Shown here: positions 49,550 to 61,740 of the stretch, in pieces
How positions within the stretch are numbered: position 1 is the stretch's first letter
Layout: every line of letters begins with the position of its first letter
The notes under the pieces: model-generated
Database searches by the model: none
What the model saw: only the letters and a program-made list of their open reading frames with translations
Told to the model about the DNA's origin: nothing
Position numbers and translations under genes: made by a program
Assembly (NCBI GenBank): GCA_013239625.1
Contig: MU054187.1
Span: 20,959,280-21,023,279 of the forward strand
Direction: 5' to 3'
Source: Lama guanicoe
Lineage: Eukaryota
DNA length: 64,000 nt

Positions 49550-50828
49550 TAAGATTCTGTGTTCTTAAGCACTGTGAATTCTTTCAGAAAACCTCATGTG
49601 GACGTAAACATAGTTGAGTATAAAATGCATATTTAATTTGCAGAAGTATTTCTAGCGCAGAGATGAATAATTCTGAATATAAATTTTGAGGAAAAATGAT
49701 ATTTTCTCTGAATGACATAGCGTTGTTTCCTGACAGATATACTGGAAGTTTTACTTATTTCACCTTTTATTTTTTTTAACATGAAAAAATGCTATTGTAG
49801 CCTCCTGTCTTGCCATAATGGTATTACCATCTTTGGTTTCTTTGTGTTTTAGTTTTTGAAGACTACTTCCAGTGTGGAAATAAATGGATGCGATCCTCAC
49901 AGCTCCTCTGTGTTTTGGGGGCAGGTGGTGTTTTCTAAATCTATTAATAACAAAATTAATCATAGCGATGTGTAATGAGTACCACAGAATCACCAGCAAG
50001 TGAATGTGAGGCTTAGAAGGAGAATACACATTTGATCTCTGAGGAAACAAAGGTTATTGCGTCATCCATGTTCTGATGAAGTAGCTTCAGGCTTCAAGGA
50101 ACAAGGTTTGGGTAGCAATATGTGGAGCTGTAGGTGGAGCAGAGGCAGCGTTTAGGGAGGTAAAGGAAGTGCGAAAACCGTCCAAATAGGAACATTCCCT
50201 TTGAAAAACAAGACATCATTTCAGTATCTCACTAAAAGTATACTCTGTGAATATATGAATATGTACTTGAAAAAGCTCATTATTCTCGTAAACATTTTTT
50301 TTTTCAATTGCCTTTTCATACTTGGAAACAAGCTGGGGTTTTTTGGCAATTTTTATCATGAAGGGTTTCAGAAGGAAGAGTTCGGTACATAACAGAAATG
50401 ACATTTCAGTAGTAATTAAGTAATAAGAAAAGGTTCTTCATTTATTACTTCAGTCGGCCAAACAAAGTAGATTTCTTTTAACCTTTAGACATTGTTCTCC
50501 ATGACATGCCTCAAGAGTTATCTGTCTTCCCTTTTCCTTACTTCCTGGGTCATTCTCAGAATAGAGATATAACTGGTAACTATGTGGAAATAGATTTCTG
50601 CATATAGTAGAAAAGTTACTTTATATTTAAAATGCCTATTATTTTGAAAGTATGCATCAGATTTCACTTATGGGATCTCCATTTTTCTTAAATTTTTTTT
50701 TGGATAAGTGTGCTACATTTTTCTCAAGGAAATTGTGTGTGTGTGTGTGTGTTTGTATATTTCTGGTTCAACATAAAAGTAGTCACTTATAACACTGACA
50801 CAATATGCAAATTAAAAATCAGCTTTCA

Positions 50829-51142
50829 AAACAGGACACTAATAAACTCATCTACAAAACCAAAAGAGATTCACAGACATAGTAAGCAATCTTATGTTCC
50901 TGGGGGAAAAGAGGTGGGAAGGGATAAATAGGGGAGTTTGAGATTTGCAAAAATAAAAATAGAAAAAAACAAATTTCTCCTGTATAGCACAGGGAACTAC
51001 TATTAATATCTTATAATAACCTTTAATGAAAAAGAATATGAAAACAAATATAGGTATATATATGCATGACTGGGACATTGTGTTCTACACCAGAAATTGA
51101 CACATTGTCACTATACTGACTATACTTCAATTAAAAAAAAAA
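50829..51142 (+). mobile_element. 5'-truncated L1 3' end (camelid-type)
   Basis: 'aactcatctacaaaac...cacagacatag...gggaagggataaat...tgtatagcacagggaacta...ctatacttcaattaaaaaaaa'. Confidence 0.9.
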
Positions 51143-54045
51143 CTTTCATAAATCCATAGTTGTCATTTTCAAAATAAATCCATGACATGATTTTCATATG
51201 TTTCCCATTATTACACTTTAAGGAGTATAATAATTGCATATTCATATTTGGATTCTATCCTCAGAGCATGTATTTGAATGCTCAAAATTAATGTGTACAC
51301 TATGGAGTTATGTATACAACATAACTATCAGTTGGTCTGTGAATGCCCTCAAGATACCTTCTTGCTATAAAAATGATTTCCTTATAAATAAAAGTATGAA
51401 TCTGTCACTGATATTATTGGAAGTTGAATGAAGAAAAGGTTCAACAGAGTTTAATAAATTTTTTTTCTTAAAATTCCCTTAATTTTATTTCTGAATTATT
51501 GACACTGCTTCAGATTGCTTTGTCTTTAGCTAATTTAATTTGCTCGTTTTTATCAATTGTCACAACCTATACTTAATACTTTGGGACTGTTATGTACAAA
51601 ATATGCTAGATTAGACCATAGTACAGTTGTTACCTTGGGTGCGAAAGATAATGTAAGATAATCATCATGTAAATCAGCTTTGAATAATGAAAATTGATAA
51701 GTTGCATATGAGAAATTTGTATTATTTCATATAGATAAAATAGGCAGTAGAATTTCGTGTATGTTTTTATGCTCAAACTTTATTTCTGTTTGAAGCATTT
51801 ACTAGATTGAGATAGAATGCATGCTTGTGCTTTATCAAATTTATATAAGTAGAGGAGATACTATATTTGCATAGATCTTCATATTTGACGTGAACACAAT
51901 CACATAATTTACCAAAAAAGCCTACTTACCTGAATATTTCTAAAAAATGAATAAAATTTATTTCATCTTTTTAGGTTTCTACTAAAATTTTCAAATACCA
52001 TAAACAAAGTAATTTAATTAACATTTCTGTAATACCTACAGTAACAGATAAGGGAGTGTGTGTGTGTGTGTGTGTGTTTATATAAAAAATATATGAGACA
52101 AGAATTATTTGCAGCAAGAATCATCTGAGACATTTCCATCAAACTGTATGTTAGCCCTCTTTCTTGGAAAAAAATATGTTGAGATTAACTCAGTGCTACT
52201 CCGAAGGTGATCTGTGGGACCTCAGTTACTTCACCCAGGTTTGTTCTGTGTCTGCCAGGAGACAGACACTGAGAGTTAACATTTATGAACCTTTATAGCA
52301 AAACCACAGAATAATTTTTACCTATTGAGTCTGATAAACATTTTGACTTGTCTTTTTGTATGTCATGTTTTATTTCATTTCCTAGTAATTAAGTTTTATT
52401 TTATCAGTCCACAACAGATTGAGGGTGGAGAGGAGGGAAGACTGGTCCTTCATTACAGAGTTTAAAAAGCAGTGATTTATCTGATTCATGATTCGAACAG
52501 TTCGAAGTACAAACAAAATGTGATTTAAAGTTTAATATTATTGGTGTTCCAGTAAAACCTGTGCTACTTGAGTAAATGTCATGTCCTTAATGATTTTTTT
52601 TGACATATAAAATGCAAAAACTGGCATTACAATTGGAATAATAAACAGCATTTTATCAAAATGTGGTCATCAGTGCTAAGATGGATCCTCTCTGTTTATA
52701 AAGAGAATATTTATACCTTTCTATTGTTTATTGATTCTGTATAATGTAAACAGTCTTACATTAAAAACACTACTCATTTAAGGGAAATAATATAGTAAGT
52801 ACAGATAGATTAAACTTTCAATTATTTATAGAAAATTCTGGATCATATTTCTTCATTTATCTCTTCTGCAACTTCCATCTTCATTTTTCTCTATAACTTT
52901 TTCCCTGCTACTTAGGTAGATTTTCTCTTTTAGTTAGACAGTGGCTTGTTTATCTTTAATCCACAAGCCAACCAGTACTTCTTTCTCTAGTTCTGAGGAT
53001 GTTTGGTTGACTTCTGTGATTTCTGTGTCGTCCAAACCACACACCCTCATCCATCCCCATGGTCAAAGAGAAGAGCCCAGACAAAGGATCTTTAAAGAAT
53101 TTAAAAATGATTCATTTGAATAACTAATGTATGCATGTGGCTCACATACACACATAAAAGGTACAAACGTGTAAACCAAAATGTAGGTCTCCCTTCTTAT
53201 CACTGTACACTCTCCCTTGAAGAAACTCTGCCAGCTACCTGTTTGAGAAAATGTGAATATTCTCCCATTTATAGACATATACATACACACAAAAAAAACT
53301 TTATGAAGTCAGAATATAGCGTCTCAGTGAAACATTTGAAAGTAAGTAATTGCTTCTGTAAATAACGCCACACGTTTGCACTTCCTGTTTGCAAGGCATA
53401 TTACAAATATCCTCCTTCTCATTACACTAGGACCCCAGGTGTAATTATCCCCATTGTACAGATGAAAATGAACCTTACACGTTGAGGAGTTTGCAGGGAT
53501 GCCAGATCCTGAATTTCATTCTAGTTTGTTCCTGGAGTCTGTCTTGATGTTTGGCTATGATACGATATACACATTTCTGAAAAACTAAACGTCCTGCTAA
53601 ATTATGCACTAAAATTTGTAAGGCTTCTGGGGAAAATGGACCTAGGTTTTTATCACTGTAAGTCTGTGTAACTAGATCATGAAGAAAAATAACATTATTT
53701 TAATAGAAATCTCAATAGTGTTAAAAAATAGAAAATTTCTAATAAATAAAGGAATAACAGACCAAGTGTAAAAATGAACCTTAAAAAATGGTAGGGTGGT
53801 GGGTGGAAGGAGGCATGAAGAAGGGATAACAGTGTGAAGTTATGGGGCTGAGTAAAATGCACAACTGTCAGGAAGAAGCATGCAATAAGGATTTTCAGGA
53901 CTGACTATCTGAGCTAAGAGGATGAAGGAGGTGTAATATATCATGGAGTTCTTGCTGCTTGCAGCTCTGCTAATGGACTGTATGTTCACCTGCTTCTGCT
54001 TGGTGGCATAGGTCCTAAACTTCTTGAGAAATAAAAAATATAAAC

Positions 54046-54650
54046 CAGTGCTATTGTCCACTTTAGTAATACAACAGCCAGTTATCTCACCACCAAAGGG
54101 AGTTTATTCAGGAAAAGCCAGAGGAATTGAAATTCAAGATAGTAGAACTATGGTGGGCCACAGGCAAATCTAGAGAACCAGGAAGGAGGGCTTGCTTTTT
54201 CAGGGAAAAGGGGCATGTGGGAGGGGCTCTGGTACCCTAATTGTCCATTGGAGGAAGTGTGGAGGCTTCTCATTGGTTGCATTGGGTTACTACAGGCTCT
54301 GATTGGTTGGGCTGTCATGGGCGGATTAAAGTTTTATTCTTGCTGGATAATAAAGTCCATAATACCTTTGTGTGGGAGTTGTAGGCCTAAGTCTTTTCCT
54401 GTTTGGAGTAATTGAGGATGCATGAGGGGGCGTGAGAGCTCCCCCCCCCCCCGTAGGACTTTACCAAGTGCAGTTTTAGCTGAGATTTCTTCAGTTAATT
54501 CCACCCTATCCAGTAGAACTTTCTGTGATGAGAGAAGGGTTGTATATGCGCACTGTTCAGTACAGTAGCCACATATGGCTAATGAAGACTTAAGATGTGA
54601 CTACTGTGATTGAGAAACTGAACTTTTAATTGTATTTAGTTTAAACATAG
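54046..54650 (+). mobile_element. MER3 hAT-Charlie element split by the LTR
   Basis: Removing the LTR and one TSD gives 'cagtgctatccagtagaactttctgtgatg...gtagccacatatggcta...ttaagatgtgacta...aactgaacttttaatt', the MER3 5' half. Confidence 0.8.
54055..54505 (-). mobile_element. Solo ERV1-type LTR (MER34/MER39-like) inserted in MER3
   Basis: 4-bp TSD CTAT (54051-54 / 54506-09), TG at left end, minus-strand AATAAA ('tttatt' ~54103). Confidence 0.75.
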
Positions 54651-55229
54651 GCACCTTTAATTTCTACAAATGACCGGGGACTACCAAATTGCATCTATAA
54701 ACCAACTGATTTTCACATGACACTAGTATCATTCTCTGATTTACTAATCCATATGAGCGAATTCACTTTCCCGATAAAGACAGTACATCAGGTGAGATGG
54801 GTCTCATAACCAGTGTTCTGTATTCTGTGCTGAAGTAAAATTGGACCTAGCTTCCATATTTATGCTGCTAGTAGATTAATGTCTGTAATAATAACACAAA
54901 TGGTTGTGGTGGGTTAGAGTCCTTCTAAATGGAAGCCTGCTCATCGTTGAACACAGCTTAGCCTCTGAGCTTGTGCAAACTTTCTGTGTGATTAATATGT
55001 AAATCTTGCCTTCATCAGGTAAAAGCTCTTTCAGTGTGTCCTTGTTCCTCTGTGAATAATCGTTCCAGACAAGCACATTTTGCATTTTAATTTGCTGTGT
55101 GATTTTAGTTTTTAAAACCAACTGTGCCATTTAAGGTCAATGTTTTCTACTACAAAAAAAGACTATTATTATTAAAAATTTTATTAGAGTAAAAAATTAC
55201 TCAGGAAATGCATGTAAAAAGTCAATTTT

Positions 55230-55471
55230 TTAAACATTTTTTATTAGTATACTCATTTTACAATGTTGTGTCAAATTCCAGTGTAGAGCATGATTTTTCA
55301 GTTATACATGAACATACATATATTCATTGTCACATTTTTTTTTTCTCTGAGCTAACACAAGATCTTGTATACATTTCCCTGTGCTATACAGTATAATCTT
55401 GTTTATCTATTCTGCATATGCCTGTCAGTATCTACAAATTTTGAACTCCCAGTCTGTCCCTTCCCACCCCT
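55230..55471 (-). mobile_element. 5'-truncated L1 3' end
   Basis: 'ttccctgtgctatacagt...ttgaactcccagtctgtcccttcccaccc'; perfect 13-bp TSD aaaagtcaatttt (55217-29 / 55472-84). Confidence 0.9.
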
Positions 55472-56276
55472 AAAAGTCAATTTTGAAAACATCTTAAAAT
55501 ATTTTAAAATGCAACATATTAAACACATTTGAAATGTTATTCTTACTTCAAGTTGTATGTGTACAATATTATGTAAAATAGTTATGAAAAGAGAATGACA
55601 AATCATGCGATATTGAAGAATGGAGGCTAACTTAAGCCTAGATCAGCGATATACTGAGAAGAAAATAATTACGAATTAAAGTTGAGAACATAAGTGTTTT
55701 AAACTACTCATATATCTGAATCACATATATTTTTTTCAGGCATATACAGCTAGGTCCATGTGTAACAAATTCTCATATCTACTTGAAAAGCAGAGGGCTT
55801 GAAAAGATTTTATAGTAGATCAGCCTTGGAAATGGTTTCACTATTTGATCTTTCATAAACGTGCCTGTTTGGATCTGCTCTGCATAATCAGGCTGTAAAA
55901 TGATGGTTGAGGATAAAACTAGTGGGATGTTTTATAAGCTAGTTCCTTTCACTGACCCAATAGTTTAAGCATTGTATTCATTTATTTTCTGGAAAAAAAT
56001 AGATTCTTTAGAAGAGAGGTTTCGGAATGTTTTATCTCACCGTTTGTGAAAAGTATGGGCAGGCTGCAGCCATTTGTCCTAAGTGGATAGTCTAGTCATT
56101 GACAATTGATTCAAGCCACTTTTTCCAAGCTGATAGCAGTGATGATAGTGTTTAAGTCTTTGTGGAGAGTAAGTGGGACATGTAACCCTTTATAATTGGA
56201 GAGAAGGTAATTGGGGCTAGTTACGCTATCTCAACAGAAATATTATCCAAGCAATGATTGGCAGAATAATAGCTTC

Positions 56277-56453
56277 CCGTATATCATCAACCGTAAGATG
56301 CCTGGGACTGTCAGAAGCATCCTTGTTGTACGCACTGAGAAGGGGGACAAGTGCTGTCCATTAAACTATGCCATGATCTCAATTGTATAATATGGCTTTC
56401 TCTCAGAGATGTTAAAAAGTGAAGAATGTATGCTTAACATATTATAATATTGG
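56277..56453. mobile_element. MER104-like TcMar-Tc2 element
   Basis: 'ccgtatatcatcaaccgtaagatgcc...attaaactatg...tcagagatgttaaaaagtgaa...aatattgg'. Confidence 0.65.
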
Positions 56454-59400
56454 GCAATGATTTTATCACAAAGAGAGAATCTTCTGGTGCAGTAGTTTTT
56501 TGGAATACTGCAGACTGACATCAGGGAAGACTTCATGCCCTGACAGGTTAGAACTCCAAAGACGTTTCACTCTCTCTGGAGAATGTTCCCAGTTCAGATC
56601 TGATTTAGATGCCCCTCCTCTTGACTCCCACAGCACCTGTGCACAACTCTGTAGAAGCTTATCCCAATAATAAATTTACTGGTTTTCTGTACCTACTGCA
56701 TGATTTCTGATTCTGCAAGGTATATAATGGACTTTGTTCAAATTTGTAGCATTGTACTCAGGGTACATTTGGTGTTAAATGATTTTTTCATGACTGAATA
56801 AGTGGATGAACATTAAATAGAAGGGATGCTGATGATGTAGTAGCCACGATACCAAGTGAAGACTTTCCTTTTAAACTCTTCCAGTGGGCTAACAGTATGA
56901 TTTTCTCACGTCTGAATCAAAACAGTGACATTTTCAAGTTATCCTGGAATCTGGAACATTTAGTGCATATCCCTGGATAATGTGATGTCAACCTAAGGTC
57001 AGGAGTTAATTACAGTGGACATAAGTTTAAAAAAAATAACTAGAGACAAGAAAAGTTGGGACTCTGTACTTTGTAGATTTTCTGTGTTTTTTTTTTTAAT
57101 ATAATGATCTACTTGCTGTTTGTCACTCACACTTTGTCCTACTTGTAACTTATAATGAATAAGACACCTCTGTGGTTTTTTTTTTTTCTTAACAAAGTAG
57201 GAGAAGCAAGCATATTTTTTCTAAAGGGAACCGGATGCGAATACATGGTGCAGAACAAAAGGAAAGAAAGAGAAATTCTAATATTGACAAGTATAAAGTC
57301 ATAGTAGCTGTAACTGGGTCTAACACAGATGGTAGACTTTACAAGGCAGGGAAGTATGGACATTGGGACCGAACAATTACTGCTATTCTCTCCCCCTAAA
57401 AAGTAATGATAACACAAGACATGTAGACAGGACAGAGGAATCACGTGATTGGTCAGACATTCTTCCTGTTACTGGATAGTGTAAAACTAAAGAAAACAGA
57501 GTCCTTTGTTTTTTTGGCTATGATAATGATTCGATTTTTTTGATGTCTTAATATTCCTAACCCAGCCATCTAATGAATGGACACTCTTAGGTGCATATTT
57601 TGATATGATCACCCAAATCTCCCTAACAAGGTTCATGATGGTGATGAGATAGTCTATCGATTACTCATCTCCAGAATATCATTTTACGTTTTACCACTTT
57701 GAGATTAATGCTACTACTGTTATCAGCAGTTAAGTAGCCAAGATGGCAGAAGCCTGTTTGTTCCATTTTATATATTCAGTCATTCAGTTTGTCATTTATG
57801 TAAGTATAATACATTTTTGAATGATTTGGCTTGATGTAATATGTATGATTTTACTGTGAATCAAAAGACAGAATTTCTGTACAAGGCAAAATACAGTATG
57901 TTTTTGTCCCTGATAAGTGCACAACCGGAAAGCAGATATTGTAACACTACCTTTTGGGAAACGTTCATCCCAGAAATGATTGCTAGAGAGCTCATTGTTG
58001 GATTAATACTTTCCTTAAAGATTATGGCAAATGATAATAAAAAGAAGGAAAACAGAGCCCACTTCCAAATGTCTTCCTGATTTTTACATAAGAGCATACT
58101 TTTTATGCACACGTAATAGCTATTTGAAACAATTTCCATACTAGCCAATATTTTATTTCCCCCAGGTGACGAAACTAGCTGCTCATTTTGAGTTTTCTTT
58201 TTCAGTGAGTTTCATGCAATTAAATGAAACAAGAACAACTTCTGTAAACCGTAGTCTGGAAAAATTAAATAGCATTTGTACATAAGTGATTAGCAGTACG
58301 TTATTAATATAATTATTTTTTTCACTTCCTGTACTTCATTAAAATTTATCTCTAATGTATTCACTTTATTAATCTAAACTGTTACTGTCTTGGTAAACCC
58401 CAGTAAACTATAAATTACTTAAAAATACTCTACTAAAATATTTATATCATGCTATTAGCTTGTATCTTGCTGGACACTCTATACAAACACCGTCTTTCAG
58501 GTGAGGTAAAATATATTTCTCTTGTATTTCCTTTTAATGATATGGTTGACTGTAAAAAGAACAATAATCAACAATGCGTTGGAGTAAATAGGCTTTGAGA
58601 TTCATTAACCACCTTAGTTTTGCCTCAGCTATTAATCTGAGAAGGCATTTATTACTTTCCATATTACAATGCAATCAAGAATATTCATTAATTAATTCCA
58701 TTGGGAGGTTTGGGTACCACCATAAACAACATTTAAAAAATAAGTCGATCTAACAGGGAAATAGAAAGTAGACTATATACATAATACGCACAAAGAGAAA
58801 CAGAAGTGCAAGTAATTATTTTCATGTTCATAGAGGGACAGACAAGTAGTTATAACTCGGGAATTCTTCTCAGGAATGGAGGTAACACGGGACAGACTTT
58901 GATGGAGAGGAAGTCAGTGTAGCATGGCGGAGAAATGGGTGAACTCTGGGAAATCCTAGGTTTAGATACTTGCTCTGCTAATTACGAGCAGTGAGATCTT
59001 GTGCAAGTTATTTTTATTCTCTAACCCTTGGCTCCATCAGCATATAATGGAATAATAATAGTACTAAGAAGAAAGTCTTTAAAGAATTAAACAGGGCACA
59101 GTAAACAGTACCTAGTATTAAACAGGGTGTTATAAAATACACAAAGTAGTGTGAAATAAACCTGATCTGTTTTTATTAGATGCCAAGTGTTCAAGTGATA
59201 GATATATGTTTTTCCCTATTGTGTCATGACACAAAAAGAAATCTAGAATTAAAGTGAGAAAAACAGAGTATTTCTTATCTTTCAGTTTCCATATACTTGG
59301 ATGTAGGTTAACTGGAGTGCAGCTGGAGGGGAAATGTCTGTGCTTTTTGGATTCTGGTGCACCCCATCTTCCTAGAGCCTGCCAATCTTGTTTTTTTTTT

Positions 59401-60432
59401 TTTTAAGACAAAGCAGACGGTTGCGGACTTTTATACATGATCTGAAGTATTTATTTTTGTGTACTTATGATTTAACTATCCATTTTATTATTTAGGTATA
59501 GTATGACTATTTTAAATATTTTGAGGTAAATGAATACTGGGCCTGGATATTGGGCAAATAAAGTGGGCATTGCTTAATCATCTGTGTAATGGGTACATTA
59601 ATATCAGTCCCCTCAGGAGCGTTTTGAGGGACATTTGAGACTATTTATTTTCTGAAATAAGACATTGTAAAATATAAATGGTATGCAGAAGTAATTATTA
59701 TGCTTGTACAACTTACAAGTAAAAATCTATTTCAAATGTAACTTAAAATGTACCCATTTAAATCAGTAAAATCCAAATTATTTATATTGAACACTTACCA
59801 TGTTCCATCCTCTGTGTTAATCTGTGCTGTATTAACACACTGATTAACTGTATTTATAAAACAATGCATATTTAATAATGCTTGTGTATTAGCTAGATAC
59901 AAAAACAAATATATAACCTTGACCCTGAGTTAAAGTGCAGAGTGTTGAATGCCATAATAGAAGTAACTAAACACAGTGAGGCACAAAAGCCTAGTCATGG
60001 GTCTGTCCTACTGATTAGAAGATGCTGGGAGGGTTTCCTTAAGACTTGATGCTGAAATCTGGGTGGAAGCTTTGCTGGACAGTTTTCCTTTATCACCCTG
60101 ATGCACAAGAGGTCCTTAAGGGTTCGTATGCTGCTGATAACCAACTTGCTTCGGATGTAACAAGCAGGGGTGAGGGGATGGGGGAAGAATGCTATCAAAA
60201 GATCAAGTCTTTGGTTGTGAGCTGAAGGTGGTGTGATTGGCTTTGACACGGATACCTGATTCAAATAAATCCCTGAAAAGAGAGCCTTGTAGGAACCGAA
60301 GTGAGGAGCAGAGAAGCCATTACCAGAGCACATACTCCTGTCACACCCTCCTGGGAGAATCTCCCCATTAAGAGAATGTTGTGTCTTCAAATTTGAAGTG
60401 AGAATTTGGGGGACAGGTAGGACAGAAGGGTC

Positions 60433-60484
60433 CTTCTCTCTCTCCCTCTCCCTCCCTCTCCCTCCCTCTCCCTCCCTCTCTTCC
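60433..60484. repeat. Polypyrimidine (CT/CCCT)n tract
   Basis: About 50 nt of only C/T. Confidence 0.9.
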
Positions 60485-60879
60485 TTGGTCCCTGCCCATC
60501 TCTCGCCCTCCCTTCCTGTCTCTTTACACATCTAGAATTTTATGTAGACTGCTCTTTGGCCAGTGGGGCTATGTTGGCAGGATGTTGATAGGTTCTTTTC
60601 TCTGTCGTCCTTCTGGCTGGCTCAGGAGTGATCACCCAGAATGACAAAAAGGTCAGGAAAAGCACTTGCCTCTTTGGTACCACTCAAGGATAACAGGGCA
60701 GTGTGGGCAAGGGTGGTGGTGACAGTTTGGAATAGTCACAGTTGGAAAAGCAAAAGAGAGCCAAGTAATACAATATAGAAAGAATGCCAGGTTGCAGGTA
60801 GCACACAGTTTGTGTACCTCTATTCCTAACCAGTCCTGGGACCCGCACATATTATGGAAGAATCTGCCTTCCTCTAAAC

Positions 60880-61740
60880 GTTCCTCTCTTGATTGATAGC
60901 GTTGCCATCCACCCAGTTGCTCGAGGTAGATAGTGCCATGTTAACCTTAATTCTTCTCTTTGCCTTTCCCCTCTTTTCTAATGCTGAGCCAGTCTTCCAG
61001 GTTCTCTGACAAAATGGATCTTAAACTTTTTTTCCTATCTCCATGGCCACCATCCTAGGCCAAGTTACGTCATTTCTGGCCCAGATTTACTGAAATAATC
61101 TCTTAACTGGACTTTCACATTTACACCTCCTCATCCATTCTCTGCATAACAGTTAGAGGTGATCTTTCAGAAACGCAAATCAGATCGTGTCACAAGTTGG
61201 CTGAGCCCTCAGCAACTTTTCATTACTCTTAGAACAAAATCCAGATTCCTTGCAGTGACTTACAAGGCCCTGCCTGATTTGGTTCCTGCTTATCTCCGCA
61301 ACCTTGCCTTGTTCCTTCTTGCTGGTTGTGTTTCAGGCACAGAATCTTGCTCAGTTCCTCAAGGAAGCATGATTTCTGCCCAGACTCTTGGCCATTTCTC
61401 TGCAGGGCATCCTGCCCTTAGTTTTCTGCCTGACTGGTGTTTTCTCACTTTTGATGTCTCAGATTTTATGGTACCAACGCAAAGAGGGCTTATTCGGTCT
61501 CAGCCTTGTGATGGCTTCCCCCACTCCCATTCGTCTCTCTCACAGCACCCAGTACGTGTCCTTTGTAGCACGATCTAGACTGTGTGCGCTGTTTACCTGG
61601 CTGCCGTCAGGTTGCTTCTCTAGAAGGACTGTTTCCTAAGGACAGAAACCAAGACTCTTTTTCTCCATTGTACCTTTATCACGCAGCAGTGGGTCTGCCA
61701 CAGGTGCAGACCCAGTATGCTTTTGAAAGAATGAGAAATA
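60880..61740 (+). mobile_element. L2 3' region
   Basis: 'ccaccatcctaggccaag...gtgatctttcagaaacgcaaatcagatcgtgtcac...aaaatccagattcctt...tacaaggccctgcctgatttgg'. Confidence 0.8.

Noticed and set aside
59995..61639. ORFs of 178 aa (59995-60531 -) and 139 aa (61159-61578 +)
   Set aside because: The first begins in a CT microsatellite and the second lies in an L2 remnant; no exon structure or recognisable protein
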